This document shows positions 14,086 to 25,600 of a DNA stretch of 64,000 nucleotides, piece by piece (within the stretch, counting starts at the first letter, position 1; each line of letters opens with the position of its first letter). The stretch is from the human T2T-CHM13v2.0 reference genome, Homo sapiens. A program made the translations under genes and the position numbers. The DNA is taken from the NCBI RefSeq assembly GCF_009914755.1, contig NC_060936.1; one strand, given 5' to 3'. The notes beneath the pieces were generated by a model. The model ran no database searches. It worked only from the letters and a program-made list of their open reading frames with translations, and was not told where the DNA came from.

Positions 14086-14519
14086 TTCTTTTCCCCAAAT
14101 ATGGGATTTCCTATGACTGCTCCACATTTTTTTTTAACAATGTCCAGGTGATTCTAATGTGGAACCCTGTGAGATTCATGATGAATATGGATAGGAACCC
14201 CAGTTTGTTCCTGCCACAAACTTTCTAGCAAGTAAGCTTCTCCAGGGCAAACACATGTAGTTGAATCTGTAGTAAAATGAAACAGCTCTTGTAGCTGGCT
14301 ATGCACTGGAACTACTTAATGAGCAGGAGCTACTGGGCACCCTCTCAAAGAGTTGTTTTAAGAACTGAAATTAATAAACATAAAGTAACTGGCAACCAGT
14401 AAGAGCATATAGAGACATATGCAACTAACTGGGATAAAACAATCTGAATGTCAAGGCCATTAATGGTATGTGCATCTTGCACAGATAGTGACACATGGTA
14501 AGTGCCCAAAATATGTGTA

Positions 14520-14597
14520 TGGAAGAAAGGAAGGAAGGAAAGGAGGAGGGAAAGAAGGAGGGAAGGGAAGTATAGGGAAAGAAAAAGAAAGAAAGAA
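14520..14597. repeat. Purine-rich (GGAA/GAAA) low complexity
   Basis: Almost pure G/A tract. Confidence 0.8.
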
Positions 14598-15374
14598 TTA
14601 TTCCAGAGAGCAGTATAAATGTAAATGCTGACTGGTGTGAGTTATAAGATTTTAAGATTTCCTACAATGGGAATGTGTGACAAGACAGAGGGAGGTGGGT
14701 CATGAACTGAATGAAGGAGAGGAGAGGGGTGGATGCCAGGAATGACTCCAAGTAACTGGGTAGATGGTGGATGGAACACTTTTGTGGAGCAGGAAGTGTG
14801 TGTATGGTAGAGATGTTTATTACCTGGCTCTTCTTAACTTGAGTGACATATTTAGATGGGGGTGGCTTTTATGCAAGGGAAACTACATGGATGAGGGCAC
14901 AGGAGATGGTGGAGTTTCTAGGATTGCAGAAAAAGTAGCTAGTTTATAGTGGAGGCTGGTTAACATGAGGGAAAATGGGAAAACAACATTAATCTTACAT
15001 GTAGAAACAAGTAGAGAAGGATTGTACTAATTAGCCATATTAAATGCATATAAAATGTTCACTTCTTCATTCTTATGAGCCTGGTGGCAGGAAATAGAAT
15101 GTGTGTGTTTTGGCAAGAAATGTGCACTGCAGATCATAATCTCAGAAAGAAAGATAAAACTTTGTTTATTGATTGGGATTCTGTTTACTCTTGTATTGAC
15201 CAGGCTAATCATGTAAATGTGATGCTTTATCTTGATCTGAACCCATAAGTAAACAAAATATGTTTAAATTCTGTAATTGTATCGCATATCCCATATTCTA
15301 CATTTTGTAGTGGGGGATCAGGTAAGGACTATGTAACCTGCACTCAAGCAAAATGATTTTACTTAACCAAACTC

Positions 15375-15560
15375 ACTGGCTGAATGACCTTGAATTAGTT
15401 ATTTGACCTCTCTGTGCTTCTGCATTCTCATCTGAAAGGGGGGATAGTGATAGACCCTACTTTATTGGGTGGCTAAGATAAATAAGTGAGCTAAGTGTAA
15501 AGCCGTTAGTGCAGTACCTGGAACAGAGTTAAGTGTTTAATAAACACTGGTGCTTATTGA
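15375..15560 (+). mobile_element. MIR
   Basis: tgaatgacctt..tgacctctctgtgcttc..ctcatctgaaa. Confidence 0.75.
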
Positions 15561-15819
15561 TTCTCAGCAAATTTCACCATTAACAACTGAAGTCTATTGA
15601 GAATGACCAATTCATGAATTTGTTCCATGTCTGTACCTGACACAGATATTAGTTACTGTTCACTTCTAATCCACTTCCAAGAAAATCTTGTAACTGGAAA
15701 TAGTTACTCCTTTACCTAACCTGGAAATGGGAACTTGTTCTTCCAGCACTCTCTCTGATTCCCCTCAAGTCTGATTCATTATCAGGAGGTGCTGCTCAAA
15801 GTCTCTTGGTTAGCTTGCC

Positions 15820-16900
15820 TCATTCATTCATTCATTCATTCAACCACTTACCCTAAGTCATAGCCTGTAATACACACAGAGATGCAAGAAATAGCCCCTG
15901 CCTCCCAGAGCTCATTGTCTAGTGGTGGAGGGAAGGAAGAGAAAAACAGTGACACCTCTGAGATCAGGGAAATGGGCAGGAAGCTGAGATCAGGGAAGGA
16001 AACTATGCCGTCTAAGGGAAGACGTAAAAAGAAAAGAAATAGCCAAGCAGTAGAATAGGGAGTGGAGAGACTGCCTCAGCTCAAGAATGTCCCAAGCCTG
16101 GGAACTGCAAATAGTTCAGTATTGCAGGAAAGATGTGTTAAAAGAAAAACCTTAGCTGAATTAAATTTAACAGAGTATAATTGAGCAAAGGATGATTTGT
16201 GAATGGGGCAGCCTCTTGAGCCAGAGGAGGCTCAGAGAGACTCCAGTGCAGCCAGGTAGTGGAAGAGTTACAGACAGAAAAAGGAAAGTGATGTAAAGAA
16301 AATTGAAGTGAGGTACAGGAACAGCCAGATTGGTTAGAGCTTGGCGTCTGCCTTATTTGAACACGATTTGAACAGTTGGCCACCTTTGATTGGCCAAAAA
16401 CTCGGTGATTGACACAAGAGTAGACTACAGTCTGTTTACAACTCCATTTAGGTTATAGTTCACAAAGTATAGGGCAACCTTTAGGACAAACTTAAAATAT
16501 GTAAGGAGGCAGCTTTAGGCTAAACCTGATCTAACAGGTGTATTTTGGTGAAAACATACAGGGAGAGGTGAAGTAGGAAAGCCAGCAGGGGGCACACACA
16601 GACCAAGAAAACCTGTCGAAGAGCGTGGTCCCAAGGGCAAATGGGGAGCCATTGAAGGCTAGCAGGGGAGGAGTGAACAGACTCGTTCTTTGGAAAGATG
16701 ACACTGGCTGCTGGGGCTCCTAAACTAGGAGACTAGTTTAGGAAGCTGAACTGGTCATTCAACTCTAAAGTAGGGCAGTGGCATGAAGTGAATAGATTGA
16801 GATATATTTAAGGAGCATAAGCAACAGGACATGGGGACTGAGTGAGGGAGAGGAGCAGCATGGCTGCTAAGAATGACCCTGGGTAACTAGGCAGACAGTG
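15820..16900 (-). mobile_element. L2 (fragmented), host of the MER57 LTR
   Basis: (CATT)n L2 tail, cccctgcctcccagagctcattgtctagtgg, gggagccattgaagg, gagatatatttaagga. Confidence 0.7.
16136..16536 (-). mobile_element. MER57 (A/B) ERV1 solo LTR
   Basis: Minus-strand start tgttagatcaggtttagcctaaagctgcctccttacatat; CCAAT boxes; TSD gatg/ggtg. Confidence 0.9.
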
Positions 16901-17103
16901 GATGGAGCATTTTTGTAGGGTGTGGAGTATGTGTGGCAGAAATGTTCGTAACTATTAGCTGGCTCTTCTCCACCAGGCCACACATCTCTTTAAGTCAAAT
17001 TTAAGAAGTGCTATTGATCTTGCTAGTAATTCTTACAGAAGCTTGAACCAGGGTGATAATTACCTGAAGAAGTAAGTTGGGCAAATTCCCCTGAAGGTAT
17101 ACT

Positions 17104-17212
17104 CTTGAAAGATAAGAAATAAGTCCACAGCCATTACCTACTCTTAGAGCTACCTTTTGTGATTACTTTTATATCTGGTAACAATTAGGAGCAGATGAGT
17201 TATTGGAGTATA
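17104..17212. repeat. Left arm of 109-bp inverted repeat
   Basis: Reverse complement aligns gap-free to 17970-18078 with 12 mismatches. Confidence 0.95.
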
Positions 17213-17431
17213 CATTCAGAAGATGCTCAACTTTCTGCACAATCTTGACACTCAATACAACAAGATGTATTCATCCCCTGCTCTGTATCACTTGCTTCTC
17301 TCAATGGGTTGAACCAGGTAAACATGGCTCTTGCCCTCATGAAACTTCCATTCTAACATAGAGTTCTGGTATCTTCTAAATGAAGTACTAAACCCTCCTT
17401 TCCTGTAGGGGTGCCTGAACAAGAATAAGAG

Positions 17432-17978
17432 TGTTATCAGTTAGGCATCACTGTATAACAAAATGTACTCAAAACCTAGTGGCTTAAAATAACAACCATT
17501 TCATTTGCTTAAAATGTTGCCATTGACAATTTAAGCTGGGCTCAGCTAGGTGGTTCTTATTATCTTGGCTGGGCATATTCTTGCATCTATGTTCAGCTAT
17601 GTTGGGTAGGCCACTTTACTGATCCTGACTAGGCTGTCACACGTTTGAGGGCCTCAGCTGGGATAACTGTTCTGAATGGACTCTGGTCCACACGTGTCTC
17701 ATCCTCCCATAGACTAGCCCAGGCTCTTCATGTGGCAGCTGGGAAGGTATCCCAGAGAGAATGAAAGTATACACAGTCTCTTGAGGTCTAGGCTTGAAAC
17801 TGACATAATATCACTTCTGCCATGTTCTACTGGCCAAAGCTAGTCACAAGGTCCAGTCCAGATTCAGGCAGTGAGGAAGTAGGCTCCATTCCTTGATGGA
17901 AGCACTAGCAGAGTCTCATTGCAAGGGCCATGGGCACAGGGAAAGGAAGAATTGGGGTAATTTTGGCAATATACTCCA
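17432..17978 (-). mobile_element. MLT1G/H-like LTR
   Basis: aaaacctagtggcttaaaataacaaccatt..gctgggctcagctagg..tcacttctgccatgttctactggccaaagc..ccttgatggaag. Confidence 0.85.
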
Positions 17979-18078
17979 AGGACTCATCTGCTCCTAATTA
18001 TTACCAGATGCAAAAGTAATCACAAAAGAGAGCTCTAAGAGTAGGTGATGGCAATGGACCTATTTCTTATCTTTTAAG
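17970..18078. repeat. Right arm of 109-bp inverted repeat
   Basis: Inverted copy of 17104-17212. Confidence 0.95.
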
Positions 18079-19289
18079 CCAAACAGGAGACTTATTAAGA
18101 CCTGCTCTTTCCCATGAGGGAATTTTCAGTGTCCCTTTTGGCTGCTGGGTCAGTCAACTTTTTCTATTTTAGTTTTCTGACTGTAGCTATCCTCTCCTTT
18201 TCAACCCCCAGGACAACAGCCTATGGTTCTCAGCACAGATGTCAAAGAAATGAAATGTCAGCGGAGTTCACTGTGACCCTAGAGGCCATTGCCTCCCCCC
18301 TCACTCTCCCATCTCCTCACAGTTGCCTTCAGCAGGGCTGGTCTCCACTATTAATAAACCTTCCCCTTCAGCACTTTCTCTCAAGGGGACAGTATCAGAA
18401 AGACTCCCATCTATCTTCCAGCCTGACTCCTGCCAGGCTGGTGAGAAGGTCTTCTGACGTGGAGATAAGAAATCCCAGACATGACTGCTGTGTAGGGGAA
18501 GCTCAGGAGTTCCATTTTCCTTATGAAAGGTCAAATCACTTCTTTTGCAGTGTTTGGAAAGAAAAAAGCTAACATAATGTGCTTTCTAAATGCCAATGAT
18601 CTTGACATCCCTGATAAAGAGAAGTCAATGAAGGAAGAGAGTGGCTCAGTAGGAGAGCTGACTTCTAAGTGCCAGTGGAAGAAGTAAAACATTTTTAATA
18701 ACTCACGTTAAAGGCTGTGGTTAATTCCATCCTGGGTTGTGGTAATGTAATTATTGCTGCTTTAAAAAAATCCTGCATGTTTGCAGTGAATATATTATAT
18801 TTTATTGCAACAGTAATAGCTCTCCCTCAAGAGGCTGAGGAGGCAGGCAGGCCAGTCACAAACTGGTCCTATCAACTTTTCATTCCTTCTTTCCTTAATC
18901 ACTAATCTGTTGAGTGGTCACTGTGTGCCTGGAACTGAGCTGGGATATAAAAGAGGTAACCAGCACAGCATTCGGCTCTTAAGGAACTCACAGTCTAATT
19001 GGAGAGCATGACCAGTCAACAGACAATCCTATAGAAAGTGATGCATGCTACCCCAGGAAGTGCAAGATGTTATGGCAGCATCCCCATTGGAGGGTATGGG
19101 GAATCATCTCCTGCAGTTCCTTCCTCAAGCAGTAGAGGCTCCATGAAGTTATGAGCTAAGTCCAGCGCATTTGCTACTGGTATGCCTGGTGCCTGGCACT
19201 TAGAGGGAGCTCGTTCCTGTTTGCTGGTTGATTTGCTGGTGTGAATCCTATATTCTCCTTCCACAGGGCCATCACCCTTATGCAAACAT

Positions 19290-19547
19290 TCCAAGCAGTT
19301 TTACAAATGTGACTTGGAAAATGTGCCTTAGAAAATACTGCTGTTTCTGTCTGGAACGTCTTTTTCACCATTTAGCACCTGGAAAACTTTTATGCACCCT
19401 TCAAGACTTAGACCAAATGCCCTCTCTTTTGCAATATATTTTCAGATTTACTGAGCAGAATTTATCCTCTCTTCATAATGGCTCTAAGCATCTTGTTTAT
19501 ATATCAAGTTTGCTTCTTATCGAAGGACTTTCTTATTGTAATTATTA
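19290..19547 (+). mobile_element. L2 fragment, left half (continues at 27560-27700)
   Basis: tgtctggaacgtctttt..cccttcaagacttagaccaaatgccctctc..ttattgtaattatt. Confidence 0.6.
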
Positions 19548-19614
19548 TTTTTTTTCCTTTGGAATACTTAAAATTGCATTTTATTTTCTGCCTCTATAGA
19601 GAGTAGCTTATGCC

Positions 19615-22600
19615 TTTTTTCTTTTATTATTATTTTTGATCAACACATAATAATTGTATGTATTTATGTGATACAGTGCGATATTTCAGTACATGTATAC
19701 AATGAGTAATGATCAAATCAAAAGAATTAAGATATTCATCACCTCAAACATTTATTATTTCTTTGTGTTGAGATCATTTGAAATCTGCTCTTCTAGCTAT
19801 CTGAAAATATACAATAAATTGCTTTTAATTATAGTCACTCTACAATGCTATAGAACATTGGAACTTATTCCTCCTATCTAGCTTGTAGTTTTGTATTTGT
19901 TACACAAATTTTAGCTACCTCCCCAGGTCCCCTCCACCCTTCCCCACCACCAGTAACCACTATTCTACTCTTTACTTTTCTGTAGTCAACTGTTTTAGCT
20001 TCTGTATGAGTGAAAACATGCAGTATTTATATTTATGTTACTGGTTTATTCCATTTAACATAATGTCCTCCAAGCTTATCCATGTTACTATGAATGACAG
20101 AATTTCATTATTTTTTATGTCTGAATAGTATTCCATTGTGTATATATCACATTTCCATTATCCAGTCATCTATTAATGGCACTTAAGTTGAGTCTATACC
20201 TTGGCTATTGTGAATAATGAAGCAGTAAACATGGGAGTGCAGACATTTCTTTGACATACCGATTTCCTTTACTTTGGATATATACCCAGTAGTGGGATTG
20301 CTGGATCATATGGTAGTTCTACTTTTAGTTTTTTGAGGAATCTCCATATTTTTGTTTTCTATAATGGCTATACTAATTTATTTTCCCACGAACAATGTAT
20401 AAGAGCTCCCCTTTCTCTGCATCCTCTCCAGCATTTATTATTTTTTGTCTTTTTGATAATAGCTATTCTAACTGGGGTAAGATGATATCTCATTGTGGTT
20501 TTGATTTGCATTTCCTTGATGAAAAGTGATGTTGGCATTTTTTTTCATATACTCGGTGGCCATTTGTATGTCTTCCTTTGAGAGATGTTTATTTAGATCA
20601 TTTGCCCATTTCTAAATTGAATTATTTGTTTCTTTTTTTGGTGTTGAGCTGTTTGAGTTTCTTATATATTCTAAATATTAATTCCTTGTTGTATACTTGC
20701 TAATATTTTCTCCCATTCTGCAGTTTTTCTCTTCACCCTGTTGATTCTTTCTTTTGCTGTGCAGAAGCTTTTAGTTTGATATAATCCCATTTGTCTATTT
20801 TTGCTTTTGTTGCTTTATGCTTTGGAAGTATTCTTCATGAAATATTTTCCCAGACCAATGTCCCGAAGCATTTCCCCCTATGTTTTCTTCTAGTAGTTTC
20901 ATAGGTTCAGGTCTTACATTTAGGTGTTTAAGCTATTTTGAGCACTTTTTGTATGGTAGGAGATATGGGTCTGGTTTAATTTTTCTGCATATGGATATCC
21001 AGTTTTCCCAACACCATTTATTGAAGAGACTATTTCTTCCCCAGTGAATATTCTTGATTAAATTTATTTCTAGGTATTTTATTGTATTTTGTAGCTATTG
21101 TAAATGATATTGTTTTCTTGATTTCTTTTTCTGCTAGTTTGTTGGTGATGTATAGAACTACTACTAAATTTGTATGCTGATTTTGTATCCTACAACTTTG
21201 CTAAATTTGTTTATCAGTTCTAAGAGATTTTTGGTGGAACCTTTAGGGTTTGCTAAATATATAAGATCATGTTGTCTGCAAACAGAAATAATTTGAGTTT
21301 CTCCTTTCCAATTTGTTTGCTCCTTATTTCTTTCTCTTGCTTAATTGCTCTAGCTAGGGCTTCCATTACTATGTTGAATAAACATGATGAAAATCGGCAT
21401 GTTGTCTTGTTCTAAGTCTTAGAAGGAAAGCTTTCAAGTTTTCCTCATTCAATATGATGTTCACTGTGGATTTGTCATACATGCCCTTTATTGTGTTGAG
21501 ATATGTTTCTTCTATATCTAACTTGTTTAGAATTTTTATCATAAAGAGATGTTGAATTTTAACAAATGATTTTTCTGCATCTATTGAGATGATCGTATGG
21601 TTTTTGTCTTTCATTCCATTGATGTTACGTATCACATTTATTGATTTGCAAATGTTGAACCATTCTTGCACTCCTAGGATGAACTCTGCTTGATCATGGT
21701 GAATGTGCTGCTGGATTCAGTTTTCTAGTTTTTTTTTTTTTTTAAGGATTTTTGTGTGTATGTTAATCAGAGAGATTGACCTTTGGTTTTCTTTTTTTTG
21801 TTGTTGTGTCCTAGTCTGGTTTTGATATCAGGGTAGAATGAGTTTGAAAGCATTCCTTCATCTTCAATTTTCTGGAAGAGTTTGAGAAAAATTGGCATTA
21901 GTTCTTCAAATGTTTGGCAGAATTCTGCAGTGAAGCCATGGGTTCCTGGGCTTTTCTTTGATGGGGGATTTTAATTACAAGTTTAATCTTGTTACTTGTA
22001 ACTGGTCTTTCAGGGTTTCTTTATCTTCTTAGTTCAATCTTTGTAGATTGTATGTACCTACAAATGTATCCATTTATGCTAGGTTCTCTAATTTGTTGGC
22101 ATATAGTTTTTTGTAATAGTCTCTAGTGACCCTTATATTTCTTTGATATCAGTTGTAATACATCCTTTTTCATCTCTGATTTTATTCTTTGGATGTTTTC
22201 TATTTTTTTCTTGGTTAGTCTAGGTAATGGTGTGTTGATTTTTTTTATCTTTTCAAAAAGCCAACTTTTCATTTTGTTGATCTTTTCATTGTTTCATTTA
22301 GTCTCAATTTTGTTTATTTCTGCTCTGATCTTTATTATGTCTTCCTATCTACTTATTTTGGAATTGTTCTTGCTTTTTTAATTCCTTCAGATGCATCATT
22401 AGGTTGTTTATTTGAAATCTTTTACTTTTTTGATATAGTCATTTATTGCTATAAACTTCCCTCTTAGAATTGCTTTTGCTCTATCTTGTAGGTTTTGGTA
22501 TGTTATGTCTCTATTTTCATTTATTTCAATAAAATTTTTAAGTTTTTCCTTAATTTCTATATTGACTTTTTGGTCATTCAGGAACAAGCTGTTTAATTTC

Positions 22601-25600
22601 CATGTATTTGTACAGTTCTAGAGTTCCTCTCATTATTGATATCTAGTTTTATTCCATTGTGGTTGGAAACGACACTTGGTATGATGTCTACTTTTATAAA
22701 TATGTTGAGACTTATTTTGTGGTCTAATATGTGGTCTATTCCGGACTATGCTCCATGTGCTAATGGGAAGATTGTATATTCTGCAGCAGTTGGATTACAT
22801 GTTATATAAATGTATATTAAGTCAATTTGGTCTAAAATTCAGCTTAAATCTAATATTTCTCTGTTGATTTTCTGTCTAGACGACATTTCCAAAGCTGACA
22901 ATGGGGTGTTGAAGTCCCTAACTATTATTGTATTGGAGTATATCTACCCCTTTAGACCTAGTACTATTTGCTTTGTATATCTGGGTGCTGCAGTATTGAG
23001 TGCATATATATTCACAATTGTTATATCTTGCTGAATTGACCACTTTATCATTATATAATGACCCTTTGTGTCTGTTTTTACAGTTTTTGACTTAAAGTCT
23101 GTTTTTGTCTGATATAATTATGAAGGGGTGGCCTGCCCCTCCACACCTGGGGGTATTTCTAGTCGGGTGGGACAAGAGACTGAGAAAAGAAATAAGACAC
23201 AGAGACAAAGTATAGAGAAACAACAGTGGGCCCAAGAGACCGGCGCTCAGCATACCAAGGACCTGCACTGGCACCGGTCTCTGAGTTCCCTCAGTTTTTA
23301 TTGATTATTATCTTCATTATTTCAGCAAAAAGGAATGTAGTAGAAGGGCAGGGTGATAATAAGGAGAAGGTCAGCAACAAACATGTGAGCAATAGAATCT
23401 ATGTCATAATTAAGTTCAAGGGAAGGTACTATGACTGGACGTGCATGTAAGCCAGATTTATGTTTCTCTCCACCCAAACATCTCAGTGGAGTAAAGAATA
23501 ACAAGGCAGCATTGCTGCAAACATGTCTCGCTTCCCACTATAGGGTGGTTTTTCTCTCATCTCAGAATTGAACAAATGTACAATTGGGTTTTATACCGAG
23601 ACATTCAGTTCCCAGGGGCAGGCAGGAGACAGTGGCCTTCCTCTATCTCAACTGCAAGAGGCTTTCCTCTTTTACTAATCCACCTCAGCACAGACCCTTT
23701 ATGGGTGTTGGGCTGGGGGACAGTCAGGTCTTTCTTATCTCACGACGCCATATTTCAGACTATCACATGGGGAGAAACCTTGGACAATACCCAGCTTTCA
23801 AGGGCAGAGGTCCCTGCGGCTTTCCGCAGTGCATTGTGCCCCTGGTTTGTTGAGACTAGAGAATGGCGATGACTTTTACCAAGTATACTGCTTGTAAACA
23901 TTTTGTTAACAAGGCATGTCCTGCACAACCCTAGATCCCTTAAACCTTGATTTGATACAACACATGTTTTTGTGAGCTCCAGGTTGGGTCAAAATGGCTG
24001 GGGCAAAGTGGCTGTGGCAAAACTACAAATTAACAACATCTCAGCAAAGCAACTGTTTAAAGTACAGGTCTTTTTCAAAATGGAGTCTTTTATGTCTTTC
24101 CTTTCTACATAGACACAGTAACAGTCTGATCTCTCTTTTCCCTACATAAGTATAGCTATTCCTTCTCACTTTTGGGTTTTGTTTGAGTGGAATATCTTTT
24201 TCTTTGCTTCACTTTCAGTATGTATGTGTCTTTAAAGGTGAAGTGAGTTTGTTGTAAGTAGCACATAGTTGGGTCTTGCTCTTGTTTTTGTTTTTAACCC
24301 ATTCAACCAGTCCATATCTTTTCAGTGAGGAATGTAATCTGTTTACATTTATGGTTATTAATAATATGTAAGCACTTATTTCTATCATTTTTAATTGTTT
24401 TCTGGTTACTTTTTATATCATTTCTTCCTTTCTTCTTCTCTTAATGTTTATCATTGCTGTTCTGTGGTTTTCAGTAGTGATGAGGTTTGATTCTTTTCTC
24501 TTTCTCCTTTGTGTATTTGCTGTACCAGTGAGTTTTATACTTTTGCACATTTTCATAATAGTGATTATCATCTTTTTGCTTCCAGATGTAGGATTCCCTT
24601 GAGCATTTCTTGTAAGTCCAGTCTAGTGGTGATGAGTTTCCTCAGTTTTACCTTGTCTGGGAAAGACTTTATTTTTCTCTCATTTCTAAAGAATAGCCTT
24701 GCTGGCTGGCTGTAGTATTATTCACTTGCTTTTTTTTTTCTTCTTTTAGTGCTTTTAATATATCATACCATTCTCTCTTTTCCTGTAAGGTTTCTGCAGA
24801 GAAAATCTATTGTTAGTCTAATGGAAATTCTCTTATATGTGACTTGATGCTTTTCTTTGCTGTTTTTGTCTTTGATTTTTGACATTTTGATTATAGTGTT
24901 CCTTGAGGTGGACTTTTGGTTGATTCTGTTTGGGGATTTTTGAGCTTCCTGGATCTAGATGTCCATATCTCTCCCCAGACATGGAAAGTTTTCAGCTATT
25001 ATTTCATTAAATACATTTTTCCCTTCTCCTGTTTTTCTAGAATTTTTGCAATACAAAAATTTGTTTGCTTAATGGTGTCTCATAAGTCTCGTAGGCTTTC
25101 TTCGCTTTGAAAAAATCATTCTTATGTCTTTTTTTTTTCCCTGACTGGGCAATTTCAAATTACCTATCTTCAAGTTCAGAAGTTCTTTCTTCGCTTGATC
25201 AAGTCTGCTATTGAAGCTCTCCATTGTATTTTTTACTTCATTCACCGAATTCTTCAGCTATAGGATTTCTGTTTGATTCTTTTATTTATTATTTCTATCT
25301 AGTTTTTATATTTCTTATTCATATTGTGAATTGTTTTTCTGGTTTTCTTAAATTGTCTATCTGTATTTTTTCTCATTGAGTTTCCTTAAGATCATTTTGT
25401 ATTCTTTTGGTTTTTTTTTTTTTTTTGGCAAATTTTTGATTTCTTTTTCATTGGGGTCTGTTACTAGAGAATTATCATGTTCTTTTAGTGGTGTCATATT
25501 TCCTTTTTATTTCATGTTTCTTGTGTTCCTGCACTGATGTCTATGCATCCGGTAAAACAACTGCCTATTGTAGACTTTCTAGAGAGCATCCAGTAAAACA

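Noticed and set aside
18114-18572. 152-aa ORF beside the inverted repeat
   Set aside because: No recognisable domain, coding-like composition or supporting gene structure; could be revisited with PhyloCSF or Ribo-seq.
21369-21671. Reverse-transcriptase-like ORF
   Set aside because: Remnant of dead L1 ORF2, surrounded by stops, frameshifts, a deletion and an LTR insertion.
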